From the NCBI GenBank assembly GCA_040220235.1, contig JAVJTO010000094.1: a stretch of 64,000 bases of DNA; one strand, written 5' to 3'. The translations under genes were made by a program, and so were the position numbers. Under the pieces are notes generated by a model. It did no database searches. It was not told where the DNA came from and saw only the letters and a list, made by a program, of their open reading frames with translations. This DNA comes from Coleofasciculus sp. B1-GNL1-01 (GTDB lineage: Bacteria; Cyanobacteriota; Cyanobacteriia; Cyanobacteriales; Coleofasciculaceae). How positions within the stretch are numbered: the stretch's first letter is position 1; every line of letters starts with the position of its first letter. Below, piece after piece: positions 19,289 to 31,100 of this stretch.

Positions 19289-21340
19289 ATGTCACAATCA
19301 TCTACGACATCAACGTCCCAGCCTGTTCCCGTATCATCTACCCTGGCACAGTTACCCAGTGGTATCCTCCTGTTCCCCGGTGTGATTGGGGCAATCATTT
19401 TAGGACTCATTGCCACGTTATGGGCATACAAACTGGTTTACAAAATCACTCCCAATAACGAAGCCTTTGTCAGAACCGGTGGCTTTTTTGTTAAACAGAA
19501 AAAAGTCATTTTGTATGGCGGTTGTGCCGTGTGGCCCGGTTTCCATGAACTCACTCGTGTCCCTTTACGGGAAATTTCTATTGATGTGGAACGCACCGGA
19601 AACTTAGCCGTTCGCACTCAAGACTACCTGCGGGCAAATATGCGGGCAACTTTTTATGTCTGTATTAACGCCGATAAAGACGACGTGTTAACCGCTGCTG
19701 CCCGACTCTCCAAACAAGGACGAGTTTCCACGGAAGATATTAAAGAAGCCCTCGAAAAACGGGCAGATGATGCCATTCGCGCCTCGGCGAAGAAGAAGAG
19801 TTTAGCCGAAATTGATTCTGATAAATTAGGGTTTGCGGATGAAGTTTTAAACCTGATTCAACCTGACCTAAAAAAAGTCGGATTAACCCTAAATAATATC
19901 GCCATTTCTGAAATCGAAGAAAGCGATACCTACGATACCAATAACTTCTTCGACGCCCAAGGAGTCCGCCTGCGAACCGAAACCATTCAACGCTCCATTC
20001 AACAAAAACGGGAGGTTGAACTGAGTACCCAGGTCAGAATTGAACAGCAGGAACTCGATGCCCAGAAGCAATCCCTGCGAATCGCCAGAGAAAAAGAAGA
20101 CGCCACTCTAGGACAACAACTCGAAGTTGAATCCCTAAAATCCCAGCGACAACGAGAAATTCAAGAAGCCAAAGACCGAGAAGCCGCCGCCATACAACGG
20201 ACAAAAATTTTACAAGATAAGTCCGTTGAAGAAGAAGAAATTCGCCGCAAACTCTCGGTTCAAGAAAACCAAATTCAGGCTGATATTGCCCTAGAAGAAC
20301 GGAGTAAACAGCTAAAAGTCGCCCAAACCACCCAAAAACAGGAAGCCGAAATCGCCGAAATTACCCGTCAGCAAACCGTCGATTCCTCCCGCCTAGAAGC
20401 CCAAGTCCGGGTAGCTGAAGCCGAACGTTTGTCAAAAGTGGCAAAACAGGAAGCGGCGGTTGCTATTGCCAATAAAGAACGAGAACGCTTTGCCGCTGAA
20501 GCCGAACGCGCCCAAGCGGAATCCGGTGTGGTTACGGCGACAGAGATTGAAAAAGCGGAACGGGAAAAACGCTTATCCCTAATTTCAGCAGAACAAGAGG
20601 CAGAAAAACGACGAATTGCTGACCAAAACGTTGTCGAAATCGATGTTTTCCGTCGTCGTCGTCAAGCCGAAATTGCCCGTCAAGCGGCAGAATTAGAAGC
20701 CGAATCCATCCGCACCTTAGCCCAAGCGAATCGGGATAAAGCCTTAGCTGAAGCCGAAGGAAAACGGGCAATCATTGAAGCCGAGAATACCTTAAGTGAC
20801 TCCAAGTTAAGCGCCCAAGTACTGACCACAATTTGGCCCGATTTAGTCGATAAACTGCCAGAAATCGCCAAAGCCTTAGCACCACAACCGGGAATTTTAG
20901 GTGATACCCGAATTTTTGCGTTTCCTGGGATGAATGGCAGTAATGGCAATGGTAAGGGTAATGGCATGGGTGATATTAACAAACTCTTACTCTCAACCAG
21001 TGGCTTGTCGTTAATTAATACGCTTTTGGATGAAGGGAAACTAGGCACGTTAATTGGTCAAGTAAGTCAGTTGGTGCGGAATAATCCGACTCAAACGGGA
21101 GAAAATGGCAATCCGAAGCCGTCAGAGTCTTCAGCCGAATCCGAGACGCCCGCCTTAGTCAAACGACAAACCCCGCCACCACCGCCCCCATCCAAATCTC
21201 CCGGACAACGACAACCCTCGTCCTCAGCCGCGAAACTGGTCGAACCCTCTCAGGTTAAGAGTGATGAGGGTTCCACGCCACCGCATCGGACATCTGGGTC
21301 AAAGAGCGATCGCGAAGACCCCAGAACCCGTCATAATTGA
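19289..21340 (+). CDS. Flotillin / SPFH (YqiK-like) protein
   Basis: N-terminal TM, SPFH domain, YDTNNFFDAQG motif, long A/E coiled coil and Pro-rich tail. Confidence 0.92.
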   Translation: MSQSSTTSTSQPVPVSSTLAQLPSGILLFPGVIGAIILGLIATLWAYKLVYKITPNNEAFVRTGGFFVKQKKVILYGGCAVWPGFHELTRVPLREISIDVERTGNLAVRTQDYLRANMRATFYVCINADKDDVLTAAARLSKQGRVSTEDIKEALEKRADDAIRASAKKKSLAEIDSDKLGFADEVLNLIQPDLKKVGLTLNNIAISEIEESDTYDTNNFFDAQGVRLRTETIQRSIQQKREVELSTQVRIEQQELDAQKQSLRIAREKEDATLGQQLEVESLKSQRQREIQEAKDREAAAIQRTKILQDKSVEEEEIRRKLSVQENQIQADIALEERSKQLKVAQTTQKQEAEIAEITRQQTVDSSRLEAQVRVAEAERLSKVAKQEAAVAIANKERERFAAEAERAQAESGVVTATEIEKAEREKRLSLISAEQEAEKRRIADQNVVEIDVFRRRRQAEIARQAAELEAESIRTLAQANRDKALAEAEGKRAIIEAENTLSDSKLSAQVLTTIWPDLVDKLPEIAKALAPQPGILGDTRIFAFPGMNGSNGNGKGNGMGDINKLLLSTSGLSLINTLLDEGKLGTLIGQVSQLVRNNPTQTGENGNPKPSESSAESETPALVKRQTPPPPPPSKSPGQRQPSSSAAKLVEPSQVKSDEGSTPPHRTSGSKSDREDPRTRHN

Positions 21341-21471
21341 GGCAGAGTAGCTCCAGGAGCAGGACTGTAGGGGCGGGTTTTACTGATAACGTTTTGCCAC
21401 AAACCGATAACTTGACTAAACCCGCCCTTCTAGGGGATCAGAGGAGACATAAGAAGATGAGCTTTCTAGAA

Positions 21472-21567
21472 TTCCCTGTTCCCTGTTCCCTGTTCCCTGT
21501 TCCCTGTTCCCTGTTCCCTGTTCCCTGTTCCCTAACAAATGACAAATGACCAATGACCAATGACAAA
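21472..21567. repeat. STRR tandem heptamers (TTCCCTG x8, then TGACAAA-type)
   Basis: Directly visible tandem array. Confidence 0.9.
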
Positions 21568-21619
21568 GAACAAAATTTGATACCCTAGCTTAAATAGTCT
21601 TGGGAACGAATAGAGAAGC

Positions 21620-22783
21620 GTGGATATTCAAATTGGGCGAGGTAAGACAGCTCGCAGAGCTTATGGCATCGATGAAATCGCATTAGTCCCCGGACAACGG
21701 ACGCTAGACCCTAATTTGGCAGACACCCGTTGGCGTTTGGGGAGCATCGAACGAGAAATTCCGATCATTGCCAGTGCGATGGACGGCGTGATTGATGTGC
21801 GAATGGCAGTTCTCCTATCTGAGATGGGAGCGCTAGGGGTTTTAAACCTCGAAGGCATTCAAACCCGTTATGCTGACCCTGCTCCGATATTAGAGCGAAT
21901 CACCTCCGTGGGTAAATCAGAATTCGTTAATCTGATGCAGGAGTTGTACGCCGAACCGATTAAACCGGAATTAATCAGCCAGCGAATTCAGGAAATTAAA
22001 GACCAAGGTGGGATTGCGGCGGTGAGTGCTACACCAGCAGGCGCGATGAAATACGGTGAAATTGTCGCCTCAGCGGGTGCTGATTTATTCTTCATACAAG
22101 CCACTGTGGTGTCCACGGCTCACCTGTCACCCGAGTCAGTTACTCCTCTAGATTTAGCCCAGTTCTGCCAGGATATGCCAATGCCCGTGGTTTTGGGCAA
22201 TTGTGTCACCTACGAAGTTGCCCTGAATTTAATGAAAGCAGGTGCAGCAGCGATATTAGTGGGAATTGGTCCGGGTGCCGCTTGTACCTCGCGGGGCGTT
22301 CTGGGTGTGGGAGTCCCCCAGGCGACGGCGGTGGCGGATTGTGCAGCAGCCCGTGATGATTATCATCAAGAGACGGGTAATTATGTGCCAGTTATTGCTG
22401 ATGGTGGGCTAATTACTGGGGGAGATATCTGTAAATGTATCGCTTGTGGCGCAGATGCGGTGATGATTGGTTCTCCTCTGGCTCGTGCCAAAGAAGCCCC
22501 AGGACGCGGATTTCACTGGGGAATGGCAACGCCTAGCCCAGTTCTGCCACGAGGAACGCGCATCCAAGTTGGGAGTACGGGAACATTACAGGAAATTCTG
22601 ATTGGACCTGCCCAACTGGATGATGGCACTCACAATCTTTTAGGTGCGCTGAAAACCAGTATGGGAACTTTGGGCGCTAAAGACCTGAAAGAAATGCAGC
22701 AAGTGGAGGTCGTGATTGCCCCATCCCTGCTCACCGAAGGGAAAGTTTACCAGAAAGCGCAACAGTTGGGAATGGGTAAATAA
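21620..22783 (+). CDS. guaB: GuaB3-family IMP dehydrogenase-related protein
   Basis: [31 protein letters not shown] (catalytic Cys), IADGG and HWGMA. Confidence 0.95.
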   Translation: MDIQIGRGKTARRAYGIDEIALVPGQRTLDPNLADTRWRLGSIEREIPIIASAMDGVIDVRMAVLLSEMGALGVLNLEGIQTRYADPAPILERITSVGKSEFVNLMQELYAEPIKPELISQRIQEIKDQGGIAAVSATPAGAMKYGEIVASAGADLFFIQATVVSTAHLSPESVTPLDLAQFCQDMPMPVVLGNCVTYEVALNLMKAGAAAILVGIGPGAACTSRGVLGVGVPQATAVADCAAARDDYHQETGNYVPVIADGGLITGGDICKCIACGADAVMIGSPLARAKEAPGRGFHWGMATPSPVLPRGTRIQVGSTGTLQEILIGPAQLDDGTHNLLGALKTSMGTLGAKDLKEMQQVEVVIAPSLLTEGKVYQKAQQLGMGK

Positions 22784-22841
22784 AATGTTTGGGGTTGACA
22801 AACTGCCCCAAACCCCACTGATGTAAGTTAACATAGAAAAA

Positions 22842-22912
22842 GCGGAGACGCATGTTTCCGTTCACTCCTCACACCACACTCCGCCCGGACTATGTTCGGG
22901 CGGTTCCTTTTT
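22842..22912 (+). ncRNA. yfr1: Yfr1 small RNA
   Basis: 5' hairpin, conserved ACTCCTCACAC (22864..22874) and terminator CCGCCCGGA-CTATG-TTCGGGCGG plus T run, in the canonical guaB-trxA position. Confidence 0.93.
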
Positions 22913-23074
22913 CAGCGTTAAGCTCTAATGTCACGACATTTTAACATGTTAATCGATTAAATGTGACGATTTATGTCTAAATATATACTTTTTTTGCAGG
23001 GGAACGCTCAGTTTTCTCTGTGGTAAAATATCCCAAGACACATAGAAAATAGTTACACGCAAGGATTTCCAGGC

Positions 23075-23398
23075 ATGTCAACAGCCGTAGCAGTTACAGA
23101 CGCCAGTTTTAAGCAAGACGTCCTAGATAGTGACGTTCCCGTTTTAGTAGATTTTTGGGCACCTTGGTGCGGTCCATGTCGGATGGTCGCCCCTGTGGTA
23201 GATGAAATCGCCCAACAATACGAAGGTCAGATTAAAGTTGTGAAGCTCAACACTGACGAAAATCCCAATGTAGCCAGTCAGTATGGGATTCGTAGCATTC
23301 CCACCTTAATGATTTTTAAAGGAGGACAACGAGTTGATATGGTTGTGGGTGCAGTTCCGAAAACGACGCTAGCAAACACTCTAGAAAAATATCTCTAA
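23075..23398 (+). CDS. trxA: Thioredoxin (m-type)
   Basis: WAPWCGPC active site; 107 aa. Confidence 0.97.
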   Translation: MSTAVAVTDASFKQDVLDSDVPVLVDFWAPWCGPCRMVAPVVDEIAQQYEGQIKVVKLNTDENPNVASQYGIRSIPTLMIFKGGQRVDMVVGAVPKTTLANTLEKYL

Positions 23399-23412
23399 TC
23401 CCTAATCAGTTA

Positions 23413-23439
23413 AGCCTTAAGCCGAATCGGGTTAAGGCT
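23413..23439 (+). terminator. Hairpin after trxA
   Basis: AGCCTTAA...TTAAGGCT inverted repeat without a strong U tract. Confidence 0.35.
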
Positions 23440-23712
23440 AGTTAGGCTTGCAGGCGCGAGAAGTCGCTACAGCTACAAAAAGCCTGTAAGCTCTCGATTA
23501 GGTTGGCAAACATAACCCAAAAGCCAGAAAAGCGGTGAAAAGCCGTGTAAATTGCCAATTTTGAAATCATTATAAAAATCAGCAAGTTGGCAACTTGAGT
23601 TTATATCTAGTCCCCCAACTACTATAATTACCCGTTTTTCTATCATAAATCCGGATTAAGACACTGCCACTTGTACTATGTAAGTGTCTAAATCTATAGA
23701 CTTTACTAAGTC

Positions 23713-24531
23713 ATGACTAGGATACCTATATCGCCTCAACCGATTAAACGTGTTGTGGCGATCGCATCAGTCGTGGTTGGTTGTCTGGTTAGTCCGATTC
23801 CGACTCACTCTCAACCGACCAACTCAGCGAGTAATACTCCCTCGCTGCAAGATATGCTTGAGTTTAATCTGGATCTCTCGGGTCGGGGAAGCCCCCGTTC
23901 CGGTAATCGCACGGGTGGCGCGAGTCGGAGTTTGTGTGGGGGAAGTCAATCTGGAGAATCTCTGTTCGCCCTGATTCCCGATACCAATGTGGGATTAACG
24001 GTAGAGGAACATCCCACCTTCTGGTTCTATATTCCTGATGGCGCGAATACATTCGACTCGATGAAATTTGCCCTCTGGAGTGATCAGGGTGAGAAAGTGT
24101 ACGAAACCACCTATCCTGTGACGAATGCCCTACCCGGTGTGATTAGTATCTCTTTACCGCCAACCCTACCCGCGCTAAAGGAAAACCAATACTACAACTG
24201 GATTTTTACCGTTTACTGTGAAGATCCCCAAGCAGCGATTGTTCGCACTGATCCCCGACGAGTCCGAGTTAGAGGTTCCATCCAACGTGTTCCCGTAACG
24301 GCTGAACTCCAACAAGGATTGAATCGGGCGTTAACTCCCCGCGATCGCGCCGTTGTTTTAGCCCGAAATGGGATTTGGTTTGACCCTCTCACCCTGATCG
24401 GCAATCTTCGCCGTACTCAGACAGCCAATTACGCCCTGGCGATGGATTGGAGTAACTTGTTAGAGGATATTGAACTCGACGCGATCGCATCCAAACCCAT
24501 TACTGAATGCTGTAGTGCTTTGGCTCAGTGA
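23713..24531 (+). CDS. DUF928 domain protein
   Basis: Signal peptide; GGASRSLC, GLTVEEHPTFWFYIP, GIWFD and PITECC motifs. Confidence 0.9.
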   Translation: MTRIPISPQPIKRVVAIASVVVGCLVSPIPTHSQPTNSASNTPSLQDMLEFNLDLSGRGSPRSGNRTGGASRSLCGGSQSGESLFALIPDTNVGLTVEEHPTFWFYIPDGANTFDSMKFALWSDQGEKVYETTYPVTNALPGVISISLPPTLPALKENQYYNWIFTVYCEDPQAAIVRTDPRRVRVRGSIQRVPVTAELQQGLNRALTPRDRAVVLARNGIWFDPLTLIGNLRRTQTANYALAMDWSNLLEDIELDAIASKPITECCSALAQ

Positions 24532-24861
24532 TTCCCACATTGGCATAGTGGTTCTCAATTGAGAATTATCAATTACCCTGTCCTCTAACGAAGGTTGCTT
24601 GTCTTCCATCGTCGCCAAAAACCGCTATCTCTACTGGATGTTCCTAATTCCACGTTAAACACGAGATATCAGCGACTTGATTCGAGCCTGTAAGACCCCG
24701 CTACACTATCTCGTTCGATCAGTCCCTCATTTTTGCACTTTGGCTGTTCTCATCTACCAGAAACAGCTTATCGCCCCTAATTTTAATTCGATAGCCGCCT
24801 GACCCTTAAACCAGTGTGCTATAAAGAAGTAGATTGGATATTTTCTCAAGTACTAGGTGGT

Positions 24862-24904
24862 GTATCACTAAATACTGTGGCTTTCTTGCCCAAGGGTTTA
24901 GTAT
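24862..24904 (+). promoter_or_regulatory. Candidate NtcA-activated promoter
   Basis: GTA-TCACTAAA-TAC (24862..24875, preceded by T), then TAGTAT after a 23-nt spacer. Confidence 0.55.
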
Positions 24905-25176
24905 TTTGTTGTCATTGGAGAATATAGGTTGGTGGCTAACCCTAATTGAGTCATCTCGGCAAAGGAATTCCGGCTTCTGAATTTCTTTGATAGGCATGGT
25001 ATTGAACTCATGCCTAGGTTCACCATAGCTAAAACCAATAACAGATAACTTAACCCTGGAAAGGGGAGTGATATCATCCAGATTGATTATTCAGATACTT
25101 TCGACGATAATTCAACCGCAATAGTTTTGGTGTCTCTTTAAAATTCAACGTATCATTTGATAGCTGAGTAATCGTA

Positions 25177-28100
25177 TTGGGATTCGGTGCGGCTTCTAAT
25201 TTGGACTTGCCTTATTTAGGGTTGAGTGGAATCCTGTCTGTCAAGTCCTATACATCAGTTCTATCTATTCCACGGAGTTTTGTAGCCCCTATGATTAATT
25301 CTGCAATGAAAGGAGCAATTCTGCTGTTGGCTACTTTACCTTTTTTGGGTGTTACCAGCATACAGCCAACTCAGGCGACTTCAATCCCTCTCAAGGTGGA
25401 TAAAACAGACGTACCGATTGTTCCTCAGTTTAAGCCTAGCTCTCTATTAACAAACACTTCAGTTACTCAGAATACTTTTGCTAAAGATTCTATTGTAACC
25501 AAGGAAGCCACACAGATCAACCCCCCAAGTCTAATCATGGCTCAGTCCGTTACTGGGGCAGGTGATGAGTTAGGGACCACGGTTGAGCAAGACGGTAACC
25601 AATTTAACATCGACGGTGGCACACTTTCCGGAGATAGGGAAAATCTCTTTCACAGTTTCCAAGACTTTGGTCTTTCCGCTGGTGAAATTGCCAATTTTAT
25701 TTCTAATCCTGAAATTCGCAATATCTTGGGGCGGGTAGTTAGTGGGGAAGCTTCAATTATTAATGGTTTGATTCAAGTTACCGGGGGCAACTCGAATTTA
25801 TTTTTAATGAATCCGGCGGGGATTGTATTTGGGGCGAATGCCAGTTTAAATGTCCCCGCGTCGTTTACAGCTACAACCGCGACAGGAATTGGTTTTGCGG
25901 GAGATCAGTGGTTCAATGTCTTTAGTGAAAATAACTATCAAACGTTAATCGGTAATCCCAATCAGTTTGCCTTTGATTTAGCTCAACCCGCAACCCTAAT
26001 TAATGCTGGCAATCTAGCCGTATCAGAAGGGCATAATTTAACCCTACTGGCGGGAAATACGATTAATACCGGGCAACTGACTGCACCGGGCGGCACCATT
26101 ACAATGGCGGCTGTACCGGAATCCAATCGGGTACGGATCAGTCAACCGGGACAATTATTAAGTTTAGAAATTGTACCATCTACCAATGAGAATGGGGAGA
26201 TAGAGGCAATTGATCCCTTGGATTTACCAACGCTGCTGACGGGTACAGAGGAAAGCGTAGAGACGGGATTAACCGTTACGGATACAGGTCAAGTACAGCT
26301 TCAGGAGTCTGGTATCACTGTACCCGCAGACGCCGGGGTTGCGATCGCCTCTGGCACTCTGGATGTGTCTCATGAGTCTCCCACTGTCGATTCCCAGTCG
26401 GTGAATGTGTTTGGCAACAAAGTGGGTGTATTTGATGCCACAATTAACGCTTCTGGGATGTATGGCGGCGGAACAGTACGACTGGGTGGTGACTATCAAG
26501 GTCAAGGTACGTTTAATGCGTCTCAAACCCTAATCAGTGAAAACTCGCTGATTACGGCTGATGCTGGGCTACAGGGGACAGGCGGTGAGGTGTTTGCTTG
26601 GGCAGATGGAGTTACGGGCTTTTATGGGACGATAAGCGCCCGTGGTGGAACGGAAGCGGGAGATGGGGGATTTATTGAAGTTTCTGGCAAAGAGTTGCTG
26701 ATTTTTACGGGTCATGCTGATGCTGGAGCATTTAACGGTCAACCGGGTGCGTTACTGCTTGATCCTAAAAATATCACGATTGGAGACGCCAATTCACCCT
26801 TAGCAATACGCTTTAATCCGACGACTTCATCAACAGAAAATCAGTTTGGTTATTCAGTTGCGGCGCTAGGTTCAGACGTACTCGTAGGTGATCCGGGATA
26901 TGACGAAGGCGGGCAGAACGACGTAGGTATTACTTATTTGTTTGATGGGACTACTGGAGAAGAGATAAAACAATTCTTGAGTCCCAATTCAACAGCAAAT
27001 GGTCGATTCGGTTTTGCTGTAGCTGGGATGGAATCAGACAAGGTTATTGTTGGTGCGCCGGGAGAAAACAACAACAACGGAAGGGTTTATTTATTTGATC
27101 GGGATGGGATACTACAGCGATCATTCGACAACCCAAATTCCTCGATAGCTGAAGGTAACACTCAATTCGGCTTCGGCTATTCCGTCGCCGCCGTGGGGTC
27201 AAATGTTTTGGTCGGCTCTCCAGGAGATGATACCCAAGGAACAGATACAGGTGCGGCTTATTTATTCGAGGGCAATACGGGGACTCGACTGCACGACTTC
27301 TTCAGCCCTAATCCTACGGGTTCGCCCACCAATAACGGTCGATTTGGCTATTCAGTCGCTGGGGTGGATTCAAATGTGCTAGTGGGAGCACCTGGAGACA
27401 ATATAGGGGTAGAAGGCAATATCATAACTGGAGGTGCTGCCTATCTATTTAATAGCAACAGTGGAGATCTAATCGAAACATTTACGAGTCCAAACGCTAC
27501 AGACACCGGGGAGTTCGGGATTTCAGTAGCCGCGATGGGTTCACAAATACTCGTGGGCGCCCCTGGTGATAATCTTGGACAAGGAGTTCAAGGTGCTGCC
27601 TATTGGTTTAATCAGGATGGCGAGTTGCAAAACACTTTTTCTAGTCCCAATGCTGATAACGGTCAATTTGGTACTTCAGTAGCAGCAGTAGAATCGGCGG
27701 AGTCTGCATTAGGGTTTAACGTTGTAGTCAGTGCCCCCGGAGAAAATGCAACCTATTTGTATGAACCCCTGCCAGATTCGGACACGGGACTTTTGTGGCA
27801 AACCTTTCTCAAGCCCTCGGAGTCACCTAGCAATTTTGGTAATGCAGTTGCTGGGGTAGAAAGAAACGTGGTGGTGGGAGCGCCAGGAGGTATGAACGAT
27901 GAAGGCGAGATTTATTTGTTTGGCTCCAGCTTCGAGTTTGATGATAATCCCAACCAATCTGTGACTATCGATGTCGCCACTATTACCAACATTACTAACA
28001 CGGGAACCGAAATTGAGTTTCAGGCAAACAATGACATCACTGTCAAGAAACCAATTACCACTAACAATCAGAACGGAACTGGAGGATCACTGAAATTAAG

Positions 28101-31100
28101 AGCAGGTCGAAGTATTTTTGTCAATGCTAATATCACCACAGATGATGGAAATTTAACCTTAATTGCCAATGATAGTAATGCTATCGATGATTTTCGTGAG
28201 GACGGTAAAGCTTTTATAGAGATAGAAGATGGCTTTGCACTGAATTCGGGGAATGGCGATATATATCTTCAACTCGATACAGGGGGAGAAAGGGGAGATA
28301 TTAATGTTCGGGGTGAGATTATTACTGAGAACGGAGATCTGGTTGTAGAACACAATAATTCTACAGGTGGAAATGTCAATATTGGAGAAACGGCAACGAT
28401 TAAGGTTGTTGGAGATGTTGATATGAACACGAGTGGCGGTAATATTCTTACCAGTGGTAATGTGGCTACCACTAACGGTGAAGTTAGTTTCGCGACTCAA
28501 GGTGGTGACATAGAAATTCAAAATGGGGGTAATGTTTCTACCAATGCTGGTGAGATTAATTTCGCTAGTCAAGGTGGCAATATAGAAATTCAGAATGGGG
28601 GTGATGTTTCTACTAATGGGGATGAGATTCGTTTCATTACTCAGGGTGGAACGATTCAGGTTGATCCGGCGTTCAATTTGACGGGTGAAACGTTCCTGTC
28701 TACAGGTGATGGAACGGGAGATATTCTGTTTAATAATCGTCTTGATGGGACGCAAAATCTCACGCTTACGGCGGGAACGGGTAATGTGAGCTTTGAGGGA
28801 CAAGTAGGTAGCGGTACACCTCTGGGAAACCTGACGATTGCTAGTGCGGGAAATGTGACGGCAAAAGACGCGATCGCAGCCTCTAGCTTTACGCATCAAT
28901 CGGGAACTGGCACAATTAATTTGGCAAATCTTCGAGATATTCAAATCCTGGATGGGGATTTCAGCCTAAATACTACGAATACCCTGACTGTCGGTAATAT
29001 TACAGCAACTGATGGCAAGGTAGAACTGAGTGCCAATAGTAGCCTAACCACCGAAAATATCACCACTTCTGGTGACACCATTAATCTCACCAGTCAAGGC
29101 GAAGAAGTCACGAGTGGTAACTTGGATTCCGGTGGTGGCAATGTGGGAGTGAGTGCTAATAGTAACCTGAACACAGAAGATATCATCACCTCTGGCGGCA
29201 CAATTAATCTCACCAGTACACAGGGAGAAATCAATAGTGGTAACTTGGATTCCGGTAGTGGCAATGTAGACGCAACTGCTAGTAATAATCTGAACACAGC
29301 AAATATCACCACCTCTGGCGGCACAATTAACCTCACCAGTACACAGGGAGAAGTCAGTAGTGATAACTTAAATTCCGGTGGTGGGAATGTAGACGCGAGT
29401 GCCAATAGTAATTTAACTACAGCAAATATCACCACCTCTGGTGGCACAATTAACCTCACCAGTAAAGACGAAGAAATTAATACGGGTGACTTAAATTCTT
29501 CTGCAGCTATTGGCGGTGATATTACTGTAAATGCAAGGATCTCGATTACCACTGAAGCCATCAATTCTAGTGGCACTGAAGGCGATGGTGGCAACGTTAC
29601 CCTCGATCCCCTGGAAGATATTACTGTCAATTCTATTAATGTCCAAGGCGGCAGCAATGGTCAAGGCGGTGATGTTGACATCACGACGCAACAATTCTTT
29701 CAAGCAACAGGAAGTTTTAGCGATCAAAATGGCATAGACGCTAGTATTTCTACGGCTGGCGGTAACGGTGGTGGTGATATTACCATTCGTCATGATGGTG
29801 GCGCAAGAAATGTGCCGTTTGTGGTAGGTGATGGAAGCAAGAATGGTACGGCACAAGCCATTACCAGTGGGGAGTTTACGATTGCACCTGTTCAGTCATT
29901 TCCAGAAAGTCATACTCTCGGTAATATCCGGATTATTACAACTGATCCTCCAACTGATCCTCCAACTAATCCAACTGATCCTCCAACTAATCCAACTGAT
30001 CTGTTAATAGAGTTTAAGAGACCGTTAGAGCGCCCTCCTACTCCTAATGCCTTGGATCAAGAGCCAATTATCAATGCTGATGTTTACAAAATTGAGCGCT
30101 TTTTTACCCAGGCATTTGAGAAACAACTGGGAATGGAGGCGGAAAAAATCCTCACCTTGGATGAAATTCGGAATCGCTTGCGTAGCATTGAGGTGGCAAC
30201 TGGGGTAAAACCTGCTGTAATTTATGGGGTTTTTGTTCCTAGCAGCACTAAATCAGAAATGGAATTAGAACTGATGTTGGTAACAGCGGATCGGGATGTT
30301 ATTACCAAGCGAGTGTCAGGGGCTAAACAGTCTGATGTCCTGAATACAGGACAGAACTTCCGTCAAGAAATTCTTGATGGTGGGTTTGGATATTTAGATG
30401 ACGCCCAACAACTGTATCAATGGATGGTAGCCCCCTTAGAAACAGATTTACAAGAAACAGGAATTGAGAATTTAGTCTTTATTCTCGATGAAGGGTTGCG
30501 CTCATTGCCCATAGCCGCTATCCATGATGGAGATAACTTTATCGTGGAGCGATATAGTGTGAGTTTGATGCCCAGTGTGAGTCTCACAGATACCCGTTAT
30601 GCCGATATTAAAACGATGCCTGTTTTGGCAATGGGTGCTTCAGATTTTCCCGATAATCCTCTTTTGGAACAATTACCAGCAGCGGCGGCTGAGGTATCGA
30701 TTCTGACCAATACCTTATGGCGTGGTCAAGCTTTTCTCAATGAGAATTTTACTGTTAACAATCTCAAGGCAAAACGCGAAGAAAAACCCTTTGGCATTAT
30801 TCACCTGGCTACCCATGCAGAATTTGAACCAGGCGCACCTAGTAATTCTTATATTCAGTTATGGGATACTAAGGTAGGAATGGACGAAGTACGTAGTTTA
30901 GGCTGGCATGATCCGGCTGTAGAATTAGTGGTATTAAGTGCTTGTCGTACTGCCTTAGGTGATCCGAGTGCCGAACTGGGGTTTGCTGGATTTGCGGCTA
31001 AAGCTGGAGTTAAATCAGTATTAGCTAGTTTATGGTACATCGAGGATTGGGGAACGTTGCCAATGATGGCAGAGTTTTACAATAATCTGGATGATGCACC

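Noticed and set aside
21337..21549. 70-aa ORF with FPVPCSL repeats
   Set aside because: Translation of a REPIN and STRR heptamers.
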